Positions 12,269-23,862 of a DNA stretch of 64,000 nt are shown one piece after another. Under the pieces are notes generated by a model. That model ran no database searches. It had not been told where the DNA came from and worked only from the letters and a program-made list of their open reading frames with translations. The DNA lies in the NCBI GenBank assembly GCA_000165345.1, contig CM000429.1, forward strand, positions 64,001-128,000, written 5' to 3'. Numbering within the stretch: the stretch's first letter is position 1; every line of letters begins with the position of its first letter. A program made the position numbers and the translations under genes.

Positions 12269-13462
12269 ATGAGCACAAAAGAGAATGTCATAGTCTATTG
12301 GGAGAAACAAGGAAACGACAGGATGTGTGCTCTACACTGTTTAAACTCAATTCTCCAAGGACCATATTTTGATGAAGCTTTTCTCTCTAAGATTGCTTAT
12401 GAAATAGATGACATGGAAAGACGCTTATTAGAAAAAAGTAACTCAACATTTAAGACAATTTCCGATAATAATTCTCAAAACGCTTCCTACGATGGCTTCT
12501 TCTCAATCATGGTTCTTCAGGAATGTTTACAAAGACATGGGTACTCTTGTATACCAGCAGCAAATCCGAGAGTTCAAGATTATATTTTGTATCCATCGTC
12601 TTGCTGTGGTTATATCATTAACTCATCAGAACACTGGACTTCAATAAGATGCGTCAAAGGAAAGTGGTTTAATTTAGATAGTCTTAAGGCTGCTCCTATT
12701 CACATTGATTATTTCGAGGTTTCAAAGTACTTGCAAGAAATTATGTTCTCTGGAAAGAGTGTTTTTGTTGTACAAAAAATTCAGAATGAAACTGATTCAC
12801 ATTCAATTCCTTTACCTGATCCCGACCCATTCCTTAGACCAATAAAGAACAATGGTAAACAAAGATTTTATCTCACTGCTTCAGAAATTGAGAACCTTGT
12901 TTTGGAGAAACAAAAAGAAGAAAATAGAGTATCTCAAATGGGTGACGAAACCCCAAATAAGAATTTTATGTATTCTAAGAAACCGGTTGAATACTCATGG
13001 CCAACTTCTGGCGGAAATGTGTTGCAGTCTACATTAAATAATGTTGATCAATCTAATGAAATGACATCCGAAGAAAAAGAACTTGAGAAAGTATTAAGGG
13101 AATCTGCAATAGAGTTTGCTAAGAGTATTCCTCTTCCAGATGAACCCCCTGCAGATCATGTCAATTCTATTCAAATTCGTGTCAGGAGCAAGGTTGGATC
13201 ATCTTTTGTCAGAAGGTTTGACAAGACTAATTCCTGTAAGCATCTATTCTCTTGGATCGAATATGAAATGGCACTATTGGGGAATTCAATTCATGGTAGC
13301 CCATATTCTTTCGTTTCTCAATTTCCCTATCTCAAAGTTTCAAAATTTGATGAAAATTCAATTAAAATTTCGAGATCTGATATTAGTGAGATAATTCTTA
13401 ATTCACCAACTTTCAATGACATTGGTATTAATGAGAACACTCTACTACTACTTAATCTTTAA
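12269..13462 (+). CDS. Josephin-domain deubiquitinase (ataxin-3-like) with a UIM-like motif and a C-terminal UBX-like domain.
   Basis: Josephin catalytic region QGNDRMCALHCLNSILQGPYF...DGFFSIMVL...EHWTSIRCVKGKWFNLDSL...SVFVVQK aligns with ataxin-3 (QEGSLCAQHCLNNLLQGEYF...SGFFSIQVI...EHWFTVRKLGKQWFNLNSL...SIFVVKG). UIM-like EEKELEKVLRESAIEFAK. C-terminal IQIRVRSKVGSSFVRRFDKTNSCKHLFSWIE...FPYLKV fits a UBX fold pattern (R..G...RRF....L..FV...FP). Confidence 0.8.
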   Translation: MSTKENVIVYWEKQGNDRMCALHCLNSILQGPYFDEAFLSKIAYEIDDMERRLLEKSNSTFKTISDNNSQNASYDGFFSIMVLQECLQRHGYSCIPAANPRVQDYILYPSSCCGYIINSSEHWTSIRCVKGKWFNLDSLKAAPIHIDYFEVSKYLQEIMFSGKSVFVVQKIQNETDSHSIPLPDPDPFLRPIKNNGKQRFYLTASEIENLVLEKQKEENRVSQMGDETPNKNFMYSKKPVEYSWPTSGGNVLQSTLNNVDQSNEMTSEEKELEKVLRESAIEFAKSIPLPDEPPADHVNSIQIRVRSKVGSSFVRRFDKTNSCKHLFSWIEYEMALLGNSIHGSPYSFVSQFPYLKVSKFDENSIKISRSDISEIILNSPTFNDIGINENTLLLLNL

Positions 13463-13859
13463 TAAAATTACTAATTTACGATATATATTGCTAATTCAAC
13501 GCACATTAGTATCATTACTTTATACTAAATAAGGTTAGTACTCAATTAGATTCCTAAAATATTAGCCTTAAAATAATATGTGTATATATATTTTTACTTT
13601 TTTTCTCTCTTAATTTATACTACCAGCTCAATTTTAGTCTCGAAACTAGAATCTAACAAGGGTGTGATATTGAACTTGATATTAATCATTTTATATTGAG
13701 GATCGCTGCTACCAATCCAGAATCACTAATACTTAATACAAAAAATATTTAAATACGTGTGCATAAAGTTATATACATCTCATTATGTTCGAGAAATATA
13801 CACCCAATTCCTTATTATTCAACTCAATATTAATTTAACAAGTTTTGTGTATAAAGTAC

Positions 13860-13899
13860 ATCAGGCGGGAATTTAGAGATGCTAAAGTGGCGCACACAA
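13860..13899. promoter_or_regulatory. CAGGCGGGAATTT plus TGGCGCAC boxes upstream of the qRRM gene.
   Basis: tcaggcgggaatttagagatgctaaagtggcgcacacaatg, about 220 bp upstream of the ATG at 14115. E2F-consensus-like (TTTSSCGC family). Confidence 0.4.
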
Positions 13900-14114
13900 T
13901 GTTTTTCTGCCATATTTAGGAAGAACCAAAGGGAAAAAATCAAATTTCTGTGATTTCCCACAAAAAATTAATTAGAAACTGGAATTATTCTAATTAGTTT
14001 GGATTATAAGAAACACGATTTATTATGGTCATATTTGGTTCGGCAGATTTTTGATTTTTAACTTATATCGAAAAAAGAGTTATCGTATGGGAATGAGTTT
14101 GAGATTCACTTCGG

Positions 14115-15824
14115 ATGGATAACTTATGGAGCAATCCGAATGTAAATAATAAACACTGTCAGTTATTATTCATTGAATGTGAACTATGGAGGCTTCATCC
14201 TGCTGAAAAATACCAGGTTCCCATTGTAAATGGGAATGTTGGAAGTAATCAGCAATCACTATGTTTTGAACCATCTTTTTTGGATGCTTCATCCCTCTTT
14301 AATATTTCAAATGTTTCTCATTTTGAAGATTCTAAGTATTTAGTTGAAGTTACCTTACTTTCTGTTAATTCTTCAGATGACTTGGAAAATAGTACAGGAT
14401 ATACTGCATTAATTTCAAGCGAATTCTTATCTCCTCAAACTTTATCTTATTCTAGGGATTGTATAGATGTCAAAGGTTTTTCTGAAAGAATTGAAAAGCA
14501 GAGCATTCTTGATATGGAAAGAATATATAGATTAATAAGCTACTTTCTCTCTTGTTGTCAAAACAGAGATTGTAATTGCAATTTGAATAATTTAAATAAT
14601 AAATCATGTATTATTACGTGGGATCCTGTAAAAACAAAATTGCTCCTAAATCTAGACTTATTCAATAATAACCTTGCATCTAGTAATAGTACAATTTCAG
14701 GTAATAATTCATGTCCAAATAATATATGGAATAAATTAAACTCTATAATTGGTTTAGGCGGATTAATTAAGAGTTTTCTTCCAGAATTCTGGCCAGCTTA
14801 TGAGCCCAGCAGTTCTCTGGAGCTCTTCAGCATACTTAAAAATATTGCATTTTCTTTCAATATATCCATTGAAGATCTTTTTGTTTCTCCATTTAATAGC
14901 GATAATAATACATCTATCAGAGACCTTTCATCAATTTGTAAATGTATGGCAAGAATATACCTTATTCTTTTAAAAAAGGGAATTATTCATGTTCATCAAG
15001 AGAGAGTCAATGTTTCTGAATACAAAGATTCTCCTCATTTAGAAAATTCTCTTGTTCGTCCTGTTGTGAGACTAAGAGGTCTTCCTTGGAAAGCTGCCGT
15101 ATTAGATATTATTGCTTTTTTCAACCCAATATGTAGGATATCATCCTACGACATCGCTATTTCATATAATAAAGATGGAAAAATGACGGGGGAGGCCTAT
15201 GTGTTACTTCCTTCTATAAAAGCATATGAGCTTTCACTTACGCTCTTACATGGTAAAAGAATGGGTAAAAGGTGGATTGAAGTCCTTCCTTCATCTACCA
15301 AAGAGTTCTTAATTTGTTTACAAATCACCAGTTTAAAGAAACAAAATCAAAATCCTTCCATTTTTAATGACAATAAAATCATTGATAGATATTATAACCG
15401 TTCAGTTCTTAGACTTAGAGGCCTACCTTGGTCTACTACGGAAATTGAAATCGTACAATTCTTTATTTCTGGTGGAATTTATGGTTTGAACGCTTCTGAC
15501 GTGTTTCTAGGAATCACTGAAAATCAAAGAGCATCTGGCGAAGCCTGGATTATACTTCCTCACAAATGTGATGCATTTGATGCTCAGAGAATACTTAATA
15601 GGAGGGTTATTGGTAAGAGATATATTGAAGTTTTCATTTCGTCCTTTCAGGAGCTTACCACAGCCAGATCCACTTATTCTTTGAAGCAATCTTCTGTGGA
15701 TTTTTTCCATGCTTTAAGTAGTACATCAAGTAATAATAGTACTTGCAGTACCGTTTCTAATAGACAAAGAATCAATGCAAGGGCATTTACATCTCTTGGA
15801 AGCAACCCGTTTCTTAGAAAATGA
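14115..15824 (+). CDS. hnRNP F/H / GRSF1-type RNA-binding protein with quasi-RRM domains.
   Basis: Two qRRMs: VVRLRGLPWKAAVLDIIAFF...GEAYVLL...HGKRMGKRWIEV and VLRLRGLPWSTTEIEIVQFF...GEAWIIL...RVIGKRYIEVF match hnRNP H/F qRRM signatures (V.VRGLPWS....EV..FF...GEAFVE...MGHRYVEVF). The N-terminal 250 aa show no recognised homology. Confidence 0.7.
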   Translation: MDNLWSNPNVNNKHCQLLFIECELWRLHPAEKYQVPIVNGNVGSNQQSLCFEPSFLDASSLFNISNVSHFEDSKYLVEVTLLSVNSSDDLENSTGYTALISSEFLSPQTLSYSRDCIDVKGFSERIEKQSILDMERIYRLISYFLSCCQNRDCNCNLNNLNNKSCIITWDPVKTKLLLNLDLFNNNLASSNSTISGNNSCPNNIWNKLNSIIGLGGLIKSFLPEFWPAYEPSSSLELFSILKNIAFSFNISIEDLFVSPFNSDNNTSIRDLSSICKCMARIYLILLKKGIIHVHQERVNVSEYKDSPHLENSLVRPVVRLRGLPWKAAVLDIIAFFNPICRISSYDIAISYNKDGKMTGEAYVLLPSIKAYELSLTLLHGKRMGKRWIEVLPSSTKEFLICLQITSLKKQNQNPSIFNDNKIIDRYYNRSVLRLRGLPWSTTEIEIVQFFISGGIYGLNASDVFLGITENQRASGEAWIILPHKCDAFDAQRILNRRVIGKRYIEVFISSFQELTTARSTYSLKQSSVDFFHALSSTSSNNSTCSTVSNRQRINARAFTSLGSNPFLRK

Positions 15825-17289
15825 TAATTTATATCAGCTCTAAGATTTTTAATCACGTCTATTATTAAACTGCTAATTGAGCTTCGAAGAATTGATAATA
15901 ATTTGAATTTTCAAGAAAGGAAAGATCATCACAAGTCAGCTAATTAAGAGAAACTATTTTAAATATTTCTCTTTATCTTTCATTAATTTTCTGTCAGCCA
16001 TTGTAGCAGGCAGCAATCTGTTACTAACGACTATTCACTGCTCAATATAATTTGTATGCTTTAACCTTGAGTTTTTGGGATTTCAGGTTTAATAAGGTTG
16101 TTTAATTAGTTTAATGCAACCAGAAAAGTCATAAAGTCATGTATACAAGATTACCAAATATGTATTTTCATATGGGTTTTTTAATTATTGCTAGACTAAT
16201 ATTCAATTTTACATTCAGAATTGTAATTAAAAAAATCTAATCTTTTGGAAAATCTTAAATCCCAGAATCATTATATTCGAAGAAAAAATCACTGTTAAGA
16301 TATGAATTGTAATATGAGCCTATGGTAAATTATTAAAATTTGTTTTCTTTTTTTTTTTTTTAAATATATTGAAAAATTCAATTTCAATATATTTACTTTG
16401 TAATTATAGTACATATACCTATATATACATTTATAAGAAATGAATGTACATTCTTTTCTATGTATTTAATTTGTGTATGTATGAAAAAAATATTCATTAA
16501 CTCCAGATTCAAATTTAGAAGAAATTCACACAGAATCTGTATCATTCAAAAATTAGTAGAAAGTAATAAAGAATATAAGGTCCTAAGATTTAATAATAAA
16601 ATTAAACGTTAAAGGAATTTTTCCGTCTAAATCTGATAAATGTTCATAATATCAAAGCAAATATCAGGTTTTTTTTTCTAAATAATTATATTGAACAAAT
16701 TCAATAATTACCGGTATTGCCACAGGCATGGTGCATGCACTTGAATTTTGGAAATAATGTGGAAAACTACAAGAGTCTTTTTGCTTCAAATATTAATTAA
16801 TTAAAAAAAATACTATTAAAAATTCCGGGAAGATTTTTTTAGAATATTTTTTTTATCAATTAATTATTAGTTTTCTTCGAAAGGCAATAATTAATGCTAA
16901 TAGCTTTTAATTGGTACAATCATTGGAGATTACCTCAATTACCGATATTAGCAATTTGGGTTATTAGAAACCTTTTTCCAATAGATCAGCTTTAAAGTTG
17001 TGAGTGATATTATTTAGAAACAATGAATCACTTTGGCAAGGAAACTATTTGAAAGAAACTAGAGAAAACGATTCCAAATTTATGATTGAGGTTTAGTGTG
17101 AATTAACAAGAAGAATTTGGCGGCAATGTATTTTAGAAATTTCTGAGCAAAGTGGAATCACCTTTTGAAAGATAAAGTTTTTTTTTTTTTTTATATATAT
17201 ATAGAAAAGAATGAATCAATGAAAAATAGAAACTAAAAGTTACGTTAATAATAATAATAATAACAATAATTTTCGTTTTGATATTACTT

Positions 17290-19800
17290 TTAATTAATAT
17301 CATCATCTTCGGAATTAATGTCCCAATACTCGATAATATCATTCTGAATAACATCTGAACAAACTTCATTTGTGCTTGGTTTAGTATTAAGTTCATCAGA
17401 GTTTTCACTTTCTAATTTGCGGCTTTTGTTTCTCTTGTTGTTTTTACTTTCTTGGTTTTCTCTAGTGATTGAGGATCTTTTATTGGGTTTAGTTTGATTA
17501 CTAATAAGAGGTGTTGATTCCTTTATGTCATTCATTTGACTTTTGATTGATTTTTTTAGCTTCTTAAGCTGTCTTGGTCCTAGATTCTTGATATCATTGA
17601 TGGATTTTCCAGCTTTTTGTAATTGTTGGAGAAGTATCTTAAATTCTAAATCTTCTTGTTCATCTTCTAAAGTAAAGTCCTGATAGTTGTTTGAGTTTAC
17701 ATTATCAGAATTATCAAAAGCTTTCATAGACGATAATTTGATCTTTCCCTTAATTAATTCAGTTCTTTGATTTTTGATATGAATAATATAGTTTTCTAGT
17801 TGAAGAAATTCTTCAGAGTTGATTTTAGAATTGAGAGAATTATAAACATAATCACAATACAATTTACTGGAATAAGGAGAAATGAGATTATTATTGTTAT
17901 TATTATTGGTATTATTTTGGTTGTAAACTGACGAAAGGAATTCTTGGTTAGTTAAAATAGTGGTTCTGATGTTTTTAATATATTCAGAATGAGTTTCAGC
18001 CTTTTTAATGATTTCCTTAATTAGTCTGTTAATATTATCATTCCAGTGTCTACTATTATGTTTTTGAAGCTTCTTAAGGTTTGGTATAATTCCAAATAAG
18101 AATTCTGGAAAAGATGGATGTTTAAATAAGCTGGAGATATATAATGTGACAATATGGGCCCAGAATTCAAATAAAGAATCATAAACCTGATGTGATTTTG
18201 AAATTGAGTTTCCAATTTTTATTTCAAATTCTGGCATGAAAGGTTTACTTGAAGTCGTGATCATGGTTTGCGTTTTTAAGTTATTTTGAGATGATTTATT
18301 GAATGTTAGTTTAACTCCTCTTTCAATAGTTGAATGAGCATCAAATAACATTTCTGAAAGTGGGATAAATACTTTGTTAGAAATTGAGATTTCAGTAAGT
18401 ATCTCTAAATTTTGAAGTGTGAATGGGAGGAATGGAATAGAATTTAATTTAAGTTTGGTAATGGAAGTAATAATAGTAACAAGTGGATATTGTAGTGGGT
18501 AAAGCTGTGATATATTAGAAATAGATAATGACCAAATTCTGATAAAGGTTAAAAATTTCCAGCTGAATAAGTTGACAAATACTTCTTCAAAGAGCTTCTT
18601 TTTGCTTGCTGAACCTTTTGATTGAATTTTTGAGTTATTTTTGGAATCGCTAGTTCTAGAAATACGAATATATAAAATCCTAAGCATAGATCCTAGTCTC
18701 CTTATAACATTATAAGCAATTCTATAAACCATATTATGATTGGATTCTTGTAAAAGAAGAACATAGTCGTTTATGATTTGTTTATATGATATGTAATTTT
18801 TCCAAGAAATTCCTCTCATTGCTGATATTCCTATTGTACGATGTAAAATAAGTAGAAACTCTTCGTGCATTTTGATTGGATTACTTACAATATCATTTTT
18901 GTCAAAGAATTCAAAATCAGAACCGTTTTTATTGATATAGTTTTGAGAAATCATTTCAAAACGAGCATTGATTGTCCTTAGTACTTGAAATGCTCCCTGT
19001 TTTAATAAAATATATTTATTCATAGTCCAAATTCTGGACAACAATGTAGAAAATCGGTTTGTTAACAACCTATTTGGCATTATCCAAAGAATTAATAATG
19101 GGTCTGAAAGCTTTTTAAATACATTTTGCATTAATTCTAGATTTGGTTGGATGCTTAAACAATTATTTAAAATTAAATTACTTAAATCTTGCCAGAAAAA
19201 TTTACATATCTTTTCAACTTTGCTCCAATTTGGTAGGGATTCTGGGATAATATCAGAATTTAACTCTTCTTTTTGCATTTTTCCTGAGGAGTGGTACCAA
19301 AACAAATAAGGAATTTTTTCAAGTACATAGATGGTGATTTCAAACATTAATTCGGGATCATCAATTTGAAAAGTTGCACATCTTTCCTTCTTGTGGCTCT
19401 TAATTTCAGGTGTTTTATTTTCAGACTTCTTTTTCTTAGTCTTTTCAATATTTGGTTTAACTGAATCCTCTTCACTAGTTAAAGCATTGATACTCGTTAC
19501 TGACCTAAAACAACTTAGTAACAAACTCAAACTCTTAAAAGATTTTTTAGAGTCCAAACTTTCAACAATTTCTCGAAATTTTATTTTATCTAGTTTTGGA
19601 AGCCCAAACTCGGATTCTCCTAATTCATTGCTTTCCTCTTGTATGACTTCATCCTCCGGTTCATCCTTAAATCCTACAGGATCCAATAAATCCTGTCCAT
19701 GCTCTTCCAAGTATTTGTAAAACTCATAATCAACCTCTTTCAATTGTTTGAGCTCCTCCAGATGTCTGGAGGTGTCCAAATTTATATCCGATTCGCTCAT
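17290..19800 (-). CDS. NOC2: Nucleolar complex protein 2 (NOC2) ribosome-biogenesis factor.
   Basis: N-terminal EVDYEFYKYLEEHGQDLLD matches the NOC2 signature (DPEFYKFLQENDQSLLNF). Long helical-repeat body, KKKK-rich NLS, acidic C-terminus. Confidence 0.8.
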   Translation of the reverse strand: MSESDINLDTSRHLEELKQLKEVDYEFYKYLEEHGQDLLDPVGFKDEPEDEVIQEESNELGESEFGLPKLDKIKFREIVESLDSKKSFKSLSLLLSCFRSVTSINALTSEEDSVKPNIEKTKKKKSENKTPEIKSHKKERCATFQIDDPELMFEITIYVLEKIPYLFWYHSSGKMQKEELNSDIIPESLPNWSKVEKICKFFWQDLSNLILNNCLSIQPNLELMQNVFKKLSDPLLILWIMPNRLLTNRFSTLLSRIWTMNKYILLKQGAFQVLRTINARFEMISQNYINKNGSDFEFFDKNDIVSNPIKMHEEFLLILHRTIGISAMRGISWKNYISYKQIINDYVLLLQESNHNMVYRIAYNVIRRLGSMLRILYIRISRTSDSKNNSKIQSKGSASKKKLFEEVFVNLFSWKFLTFIRIWSLSISNISQLYPLQYPLVTIITSITKLKLNSIPFLPFTLQNLEILTEISISNKVFIPLSEMLFDAHSTIERGVKLTFNKSSQNNLKTQTMITTSSKPFMPEFEIKIGNSISKSHQVYDSLFEFWAHIVTLYISSLFKHPSFPEFLFGIIPNLKKLQKHNSRHWNDNINRLIKEIIKKAETHSEYIKNIRTTILTNQEFLSSVYNQNNTNNNNNNNLISPYSSKLYCDYVYNSLNSKINSEEFLQLENYIIHIKNQRTELIKGKIKLSSMKAFDNSDNVNSNNYQDFTLEDEQEDLEFKILLQQLQKAGKSINDIKNLGPRQLKKLKKSIKSQMNDIKESTPLISNQTKPNKRSSITRENQESKNNKRNKSRKLESENSDELNTKPSTNEVCSDVIQNDIIEYWDINSEDDDIN

Positions 19801-19847
19801 CTCTAATTTTGTTTTAATAAATATTTAATTGTCACTGAATGACGCAT

Positions 19848-19866
19848 ACATGGCGCGCGCGCCATA
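19848..19866. promoter_or_regulatory. Perfect GC palindrome CATGGCGCGCGCGCCATAT, 50 bp upstream of the NOC2 ATG.
   Basis: atggcgcgcgcgccat is a 16-bp perfect palindrome embedded in sequence that is more than 80% AT. Confidence 0.45.
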
Positions 19867-20016
19867 TTAGGGGTTTATACTAAAAACAAATAAAGCGAGA
19901 AACAAGGGTAAGTGAAGATATAAAAACTTAATGTATTAATGATAAAAATGATGGTATGAGAAGCTAACATTATGCCTCAATAGTAATTAAATATATTAAT
20001 AACCAAGCTACTTTAA

Positions 20017-22260
20017 CTAAACTTTCGAGTATGTTTCACTGGTAACTTGTACAGCACAACTATTAATCGCTTTAGTACTTTCTGTGTAGTATTTCTTATA
20101 ATAGATAGAGTATAATATAGATATAATTGTAACAATAGTAACTGAAATAATACAAACTGATAAATATGTCAGATTTTTTCCAAAGTCAGCTGGCTCGCTA
20201 TTAAGGAAGATGATACTTTGCTTGTTTTTAGAGTTCCGTTCTATATTAAGGTATATTTCGGAATAAGGAAGGAATTCATTTTTTCTTAAGTAAAGTTGAT
20301 TACATAAATAATCAGAACTTGATGAATGCACGATTAAAGCGGTATTAGAGTTGGAATTATTATCAGGGAATTTAATGAATCCGCACTGACAAATTCCATT
20401 CGTGTGTTTATTTTTAATGTTTGCAATACAAGTATGAATAATAAAGTTTGGGTTGGAATTTGATTTGGAAGCTATATTAATGGATGAATTCTTGTATTTG
20501 AAATTCACCTTAAATCCACGACTAGATCTTGATTCAACGGAATCGTTAAAAACAAACCCTCTAACAAACTTGAATTCATCTTTTCCATTTTCTTTTTTTT
20601 GCTTACCCAACGATATAAGCAATTGTTGTGTATTGCATTCATTTTCCATGCTGACAGTAGAGTTCAATTCCTTAAAATTAGAAGTTCTGTATCTAAAGCC
20701 GGCAGAATACTCGCCAAATTTGGTTTTTCCAGGATCAAATTTGGAATCTTGTTTACAGTTAGATGAAAGCAACTCCCAAGTAAAGATTGTGTGACATTCA
20801 GAAGTTCCCTTGGAATTATTTTTGTGAGTCTCATCAGTAGTATTGGAACAAATAGATGATAATCCACTGTTGAATAATGAAAATTCAAGTTTTCCATGAT
20901 TAACTTCAGAGTGCATTTGTAAGTGTAAGCTAGCAGAAATACTGAGCTCAATAGTGGACTTTGAGGCCACAGCAAGAATTTGGGGATAATATTTTTTTGC
21001 AATTGGGAAAATTTCACTCTGAGGGGGATAAAATCCAAAATATTCAGAGCCAATTTCTGGAGATAATGAAATTATATTGTGAGCTGCAAGTAAATAGTCA
21101 TCTGCTTCTCCCGAAGCCTCATAATCCATTGTGGGGTTTCTAGCTGCTGATGAGAAACAATAATTGGAAGCATTTTCAAATTCATTTCTTGATTTTGTGA
21201 AAAATGTTGAATCAAATCCTTTTTTGGCAGAATTGACAAAAAATGGGCCCTTCATATGCATTAAGGTTTTAATTATACAAGAAGGAGAAGATATTAAAAT
21301 TTCATACTTAAGTTCATTATATATGGAAGCGATATTCTCGTTTAGATCTTTGTCCTTGCAACAATTCCAAGGTATAGTCCACAAATCACCAAATGTATGC
21401 AGATTAACTGCAGTAACAAAACTTTTTACATTATTTACAAGATCTCTTACAGCTCGTGTTTCGGGTTCAGAAAAAGGATATTCCCCAGAATACTCTTGCG
21501 GGTCACATTTAGAAACAAGAGAGTTTTCAAAATTGAAGTCATAATTACGATTAATATCAACTCCATCTTCATCTGATCTCCCAGAATTACAAGTTTTCCT
21601 TTGATTCTTTCTAATCCCATAATTTCGTGTTCTTTCTATTGCTGCATATCCATCTGGATTTACAAATGGGACATACCAAATATCGATATTAGAGAGTAAA
21701 AAGTTAGAAGCAGGGTCTTGCTTATAAATTGCATCTTCCATGAGTTTAGTGATAAAGTATATTCCAGTTGTTAAGCCTGCAGGCTCTCTTGAATGATGCA
21801 TTGATGTTAGTAAAAATGCAGGTTTTTTACCCTGATTAATATAAAAGTACGAGTCTTCTGAATAAGAGCCATCCATCTTACTAAAAAATCCGACTCTATA
21901 AGCATCAATAGGCCTTCCTTCAAAACTTGTCCCTATTTTATGCTTCCTTATAAAGTTTGTTCCGAATTGTGATGCTAAATTATCCAAAATGATCATTGCT
22001 TCGTTCAATTTTGGGAAACTTCTCAATGAACCCCTATTCAAAGAATACAAAATTCTTCTAAGATCTTGGTTTTCAACACCATAATCCATATCTGGGATTC
22101 CTAATTCTAAATAATCATCAGGGATTGTTGAAATTTGTTCTCTTGAATATTGTAGCTTCCTCTCTGGTCTTTCTACATATCCAAAAACTTTGTAAATAAA
22201 TATCAAAAAAATTATGGTTAAAAAACTAATAATATCTGATGGCTTTCTTTGCTTCTTCAT
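20017..22260 (-). CDS. Membrane-anchored zinc carboxypeptidase (peptidase M14 family).
   Basis: N-terminal signal anchor FLTIIFLIFIYKVFG. M14 zinc-binding and catalytic motifs SMHHSREPAG (HxxE), NPDGYAAIER, DINRNYDF. C-terminal TM LTYLSVCIISVTIVTIISILYSIYY. Confidence 0.8.
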   Translation of the reverse strand: MKKQRKPSDIISFLTIIFLIFIYKVFGYVERPERKLQYSREQISTIPDDYLELGIPDMDYGVENQDLRRILYSLNRGSLRSFPKLNEAMIILDNLASQFGTNFIRKHKIGTSFEGRPIDAYRVGFFSKMDGSYSEDSYFYINQGKKPAFLLTSMHHSREPAGLTTGIYFITKLMEDAIYKQDPASNFLLSNIDIWYVPFVNPDGYAAIERTRNYGIRKNQRKTCNSGRSDEDGVDINRNYDFNFENSLVSKCDPQEYSGEYPFSEPETRAVRDLVNNVKSFVTAVNLHTFGDLWTIPWNCCKDKDLNENIASIYNELKYEILISSPSCIIKTLMHMKGPFFVNSAKKGFDSTFFTKSRNEFENASNYCFSSAARNPTMDYEASGEADDYLLAAHNIISLSPEIGSEYFGFYPPQSEIFPIAKKYYPQILAVASKSTIELSISASLHLQMHSEVNHGKLEFSLFNSGLSSICSNTTDETHKNNSKGTSECHTIFTWELLSSNCKQDSKFDPGKTKFGEYSAGFRYRTSNFKELNSTVSMENECNTQQLLISLGKQKKENGKDEFKFVRGFVFNDSVESRSSRGFKVNFKYKNSSINIASKSNSNPNFIIHTCIANIKNKHTNGICQCGFIKFPDNNSNSNTALIVHSSSSDYLCNQLYLRKNEFLPYSEIYLNIERNSKNKQSIIFLNSEPADFGKNLTYLSVCIISVTIVTIISILYSIYYKKYYTESTKAINSCAVQVTSETYSKV

Positions 22261-22714
22261 TCTGTATTTTTACAAGATAAATATATATTTCTAAATAACA
22301 TTTTCAATTTTTTGCTTCCTTGTCAAAGATATTAAAAATTTGGCCTGCTTATAAATTACTATTGTAGAAAATATACCTGCATTATATGTTCTCTTGTTAA
22401 AATAGTAATCTAGACTTATATTATTTTCAAATTATATTTTTTTCTTGATTCCAATCCCCATTGCCCTTTGTCCGTGTGGAATTTTTATATTTCTTACCGC
22501 TTATTGTTTTCTCTGCCAAATGCGCCTTGGTAATTAATCATTAACTTATAATCATTTTATCCGAAGTTTTTTTAAAGTTAAGAAATGAAATTTTAAACCT
22601 TTTGTAAAATTTAAGTAAATTTACTTTACGCCTAACCAATTCTGAATTAATCTTTATTTAATTTTGCATAATCCTAATTACTATGTGGACACTCCACCTA
22701 ATGCAAACGCATGT

Positions 22715-22760
22715 ATACCGGTACATGTAATGGAATATTTGTGATTTTTCCGTAGTATGC
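22715..22760. promoter_or_regulatory. ATACCGGTACATGTAATGG plus TGCATGCA element between the carboxypeptidase and COQ4 genes.
   Basis: tataccggtacatgtaatgg...tagtatgcatgcacaattgg. Both motif types recur in other intergenic regions. Confidence 0.35.
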
Positions 22761-22877
22761 ATGCACAATTGGAGTGGGAAATTGATAAGAATTACGGAAT
22801 AAAAGAATACATTATTACTTATATTAATTAATACTAATTATCTCTTTTCCCTAAAAGTGTATATTCATATAAAATGT

Positions 22878-23862
22878 TTAGCAAAAAGGCATTGGCTTAA
22901 TACGTGTGTATTTCTGTAACTGTTTTGGGGGTGGAGAAATGTTAAGATAGTTTTGAAAATCAGCTATTGGTCTTGGAAACCAATCTTCTACCATTATTGT
23001 GTAGATATTGTGTCTCATTTTCTTCTCAGCTTTATATATCCAGGGGATAAGCTCTTTGATTACTATTCGTTTCGGATATAATATCTCCTTTTTCGTAATT
23101 TCAAGAGAATTTAGATATTTATCACAGTCTTGATGAATTTGTATCGGCTTGGATGGGTATACGTGTGTTTTATTATGATTTTCGAAAATTTCCTTAGGCC
23201 TAACCTTTAAAATTGGAGTGATAAAAAGTCCCATGAATGCTCCTATTGCTCCAAAAGGAATTCCAGCATGAAGAAACTCAAATAACTTCAATGTAACTTC
23301 AGATTCCACTGTAATGTTCAGCTCAAATGCAGTATGTAGGATATCGTGAATCTAAAAAAAAGAAAGGTAAGTAATTACAATCTGCTATTAAAAATTATCT
23401 ATAATCGTTAAGACTTACCTGTCTGAACCTTGTCAAAACATAAGCTAAATCCTCACTGTTCACATATCTCACAGGATCTCTATTTATTTCAAGGTTATAA
23501 GTTGTCAAAAATTCTCCATACCTTCTTCCGAGTGAATCATCTGGAAAAGCCATTAAATCTTTAATCGAATATTTTGATGAATCTATCAATGGTCTATTCT
23601 TTATTATTCTTCTACCATCTGGCGTGGAGTTCATCAAAATCTGTAATCTTCTCAAAGCTCTATTTGAGGTAAGTTCAGTGATGCATGCAACTGAATTAGA
23701 ATCAGTTGGATTTTTAAGACCTTCTACACAGCTTGTAACTGACAGCAAAACTTTCTCAAATTGCGTTATAGGGATATAATTCTTCCTAAATAGCTCTCTA
23801 AAATCTCCTCCCTTTAAGCTTGAAGCGGTTCTCTTAATTAATAAATTGGTAAACTTGTTCAT
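22878..23862 (-). CDS. COQ4: Ubiquinone biosynthesis protein COQ4, 2 exons: 23419..23862 and 22878..23351; intron 23352..23418 (67 nt).
   Basis: Joined product ...SLGRRYGEFL..NSEDLAYVLTRFRQ|IHDILHTAFELNI...GAIGAFMGLF...LIPW matches COQ4 ([47 protein letters not shown]..LIPW). Donor CAG|gtaagt, acceptor tttttttag|ATT. The track shows the two exons as separate ORFs. Confidence 0.8.

Noticed and set aside
17133-17408. 91-aa minus-strand ORF rich in Ile/Lys at the 3' end of NOC2.
   Set aside because: It overlaps the NOC2 C-terminus in a different frame and continues into a (AAT)n/poly-T region. It is a compositional artifact.
22878-23862. Two separate minus-strand ORFs (143 aa and 155 aa) that could be called as two genes.
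   Set aside because: They are the two exons of a single COQ4 gene, joined by a 67-nt GT-AG intron. The COQ4 alignment runs continuously across the junction.
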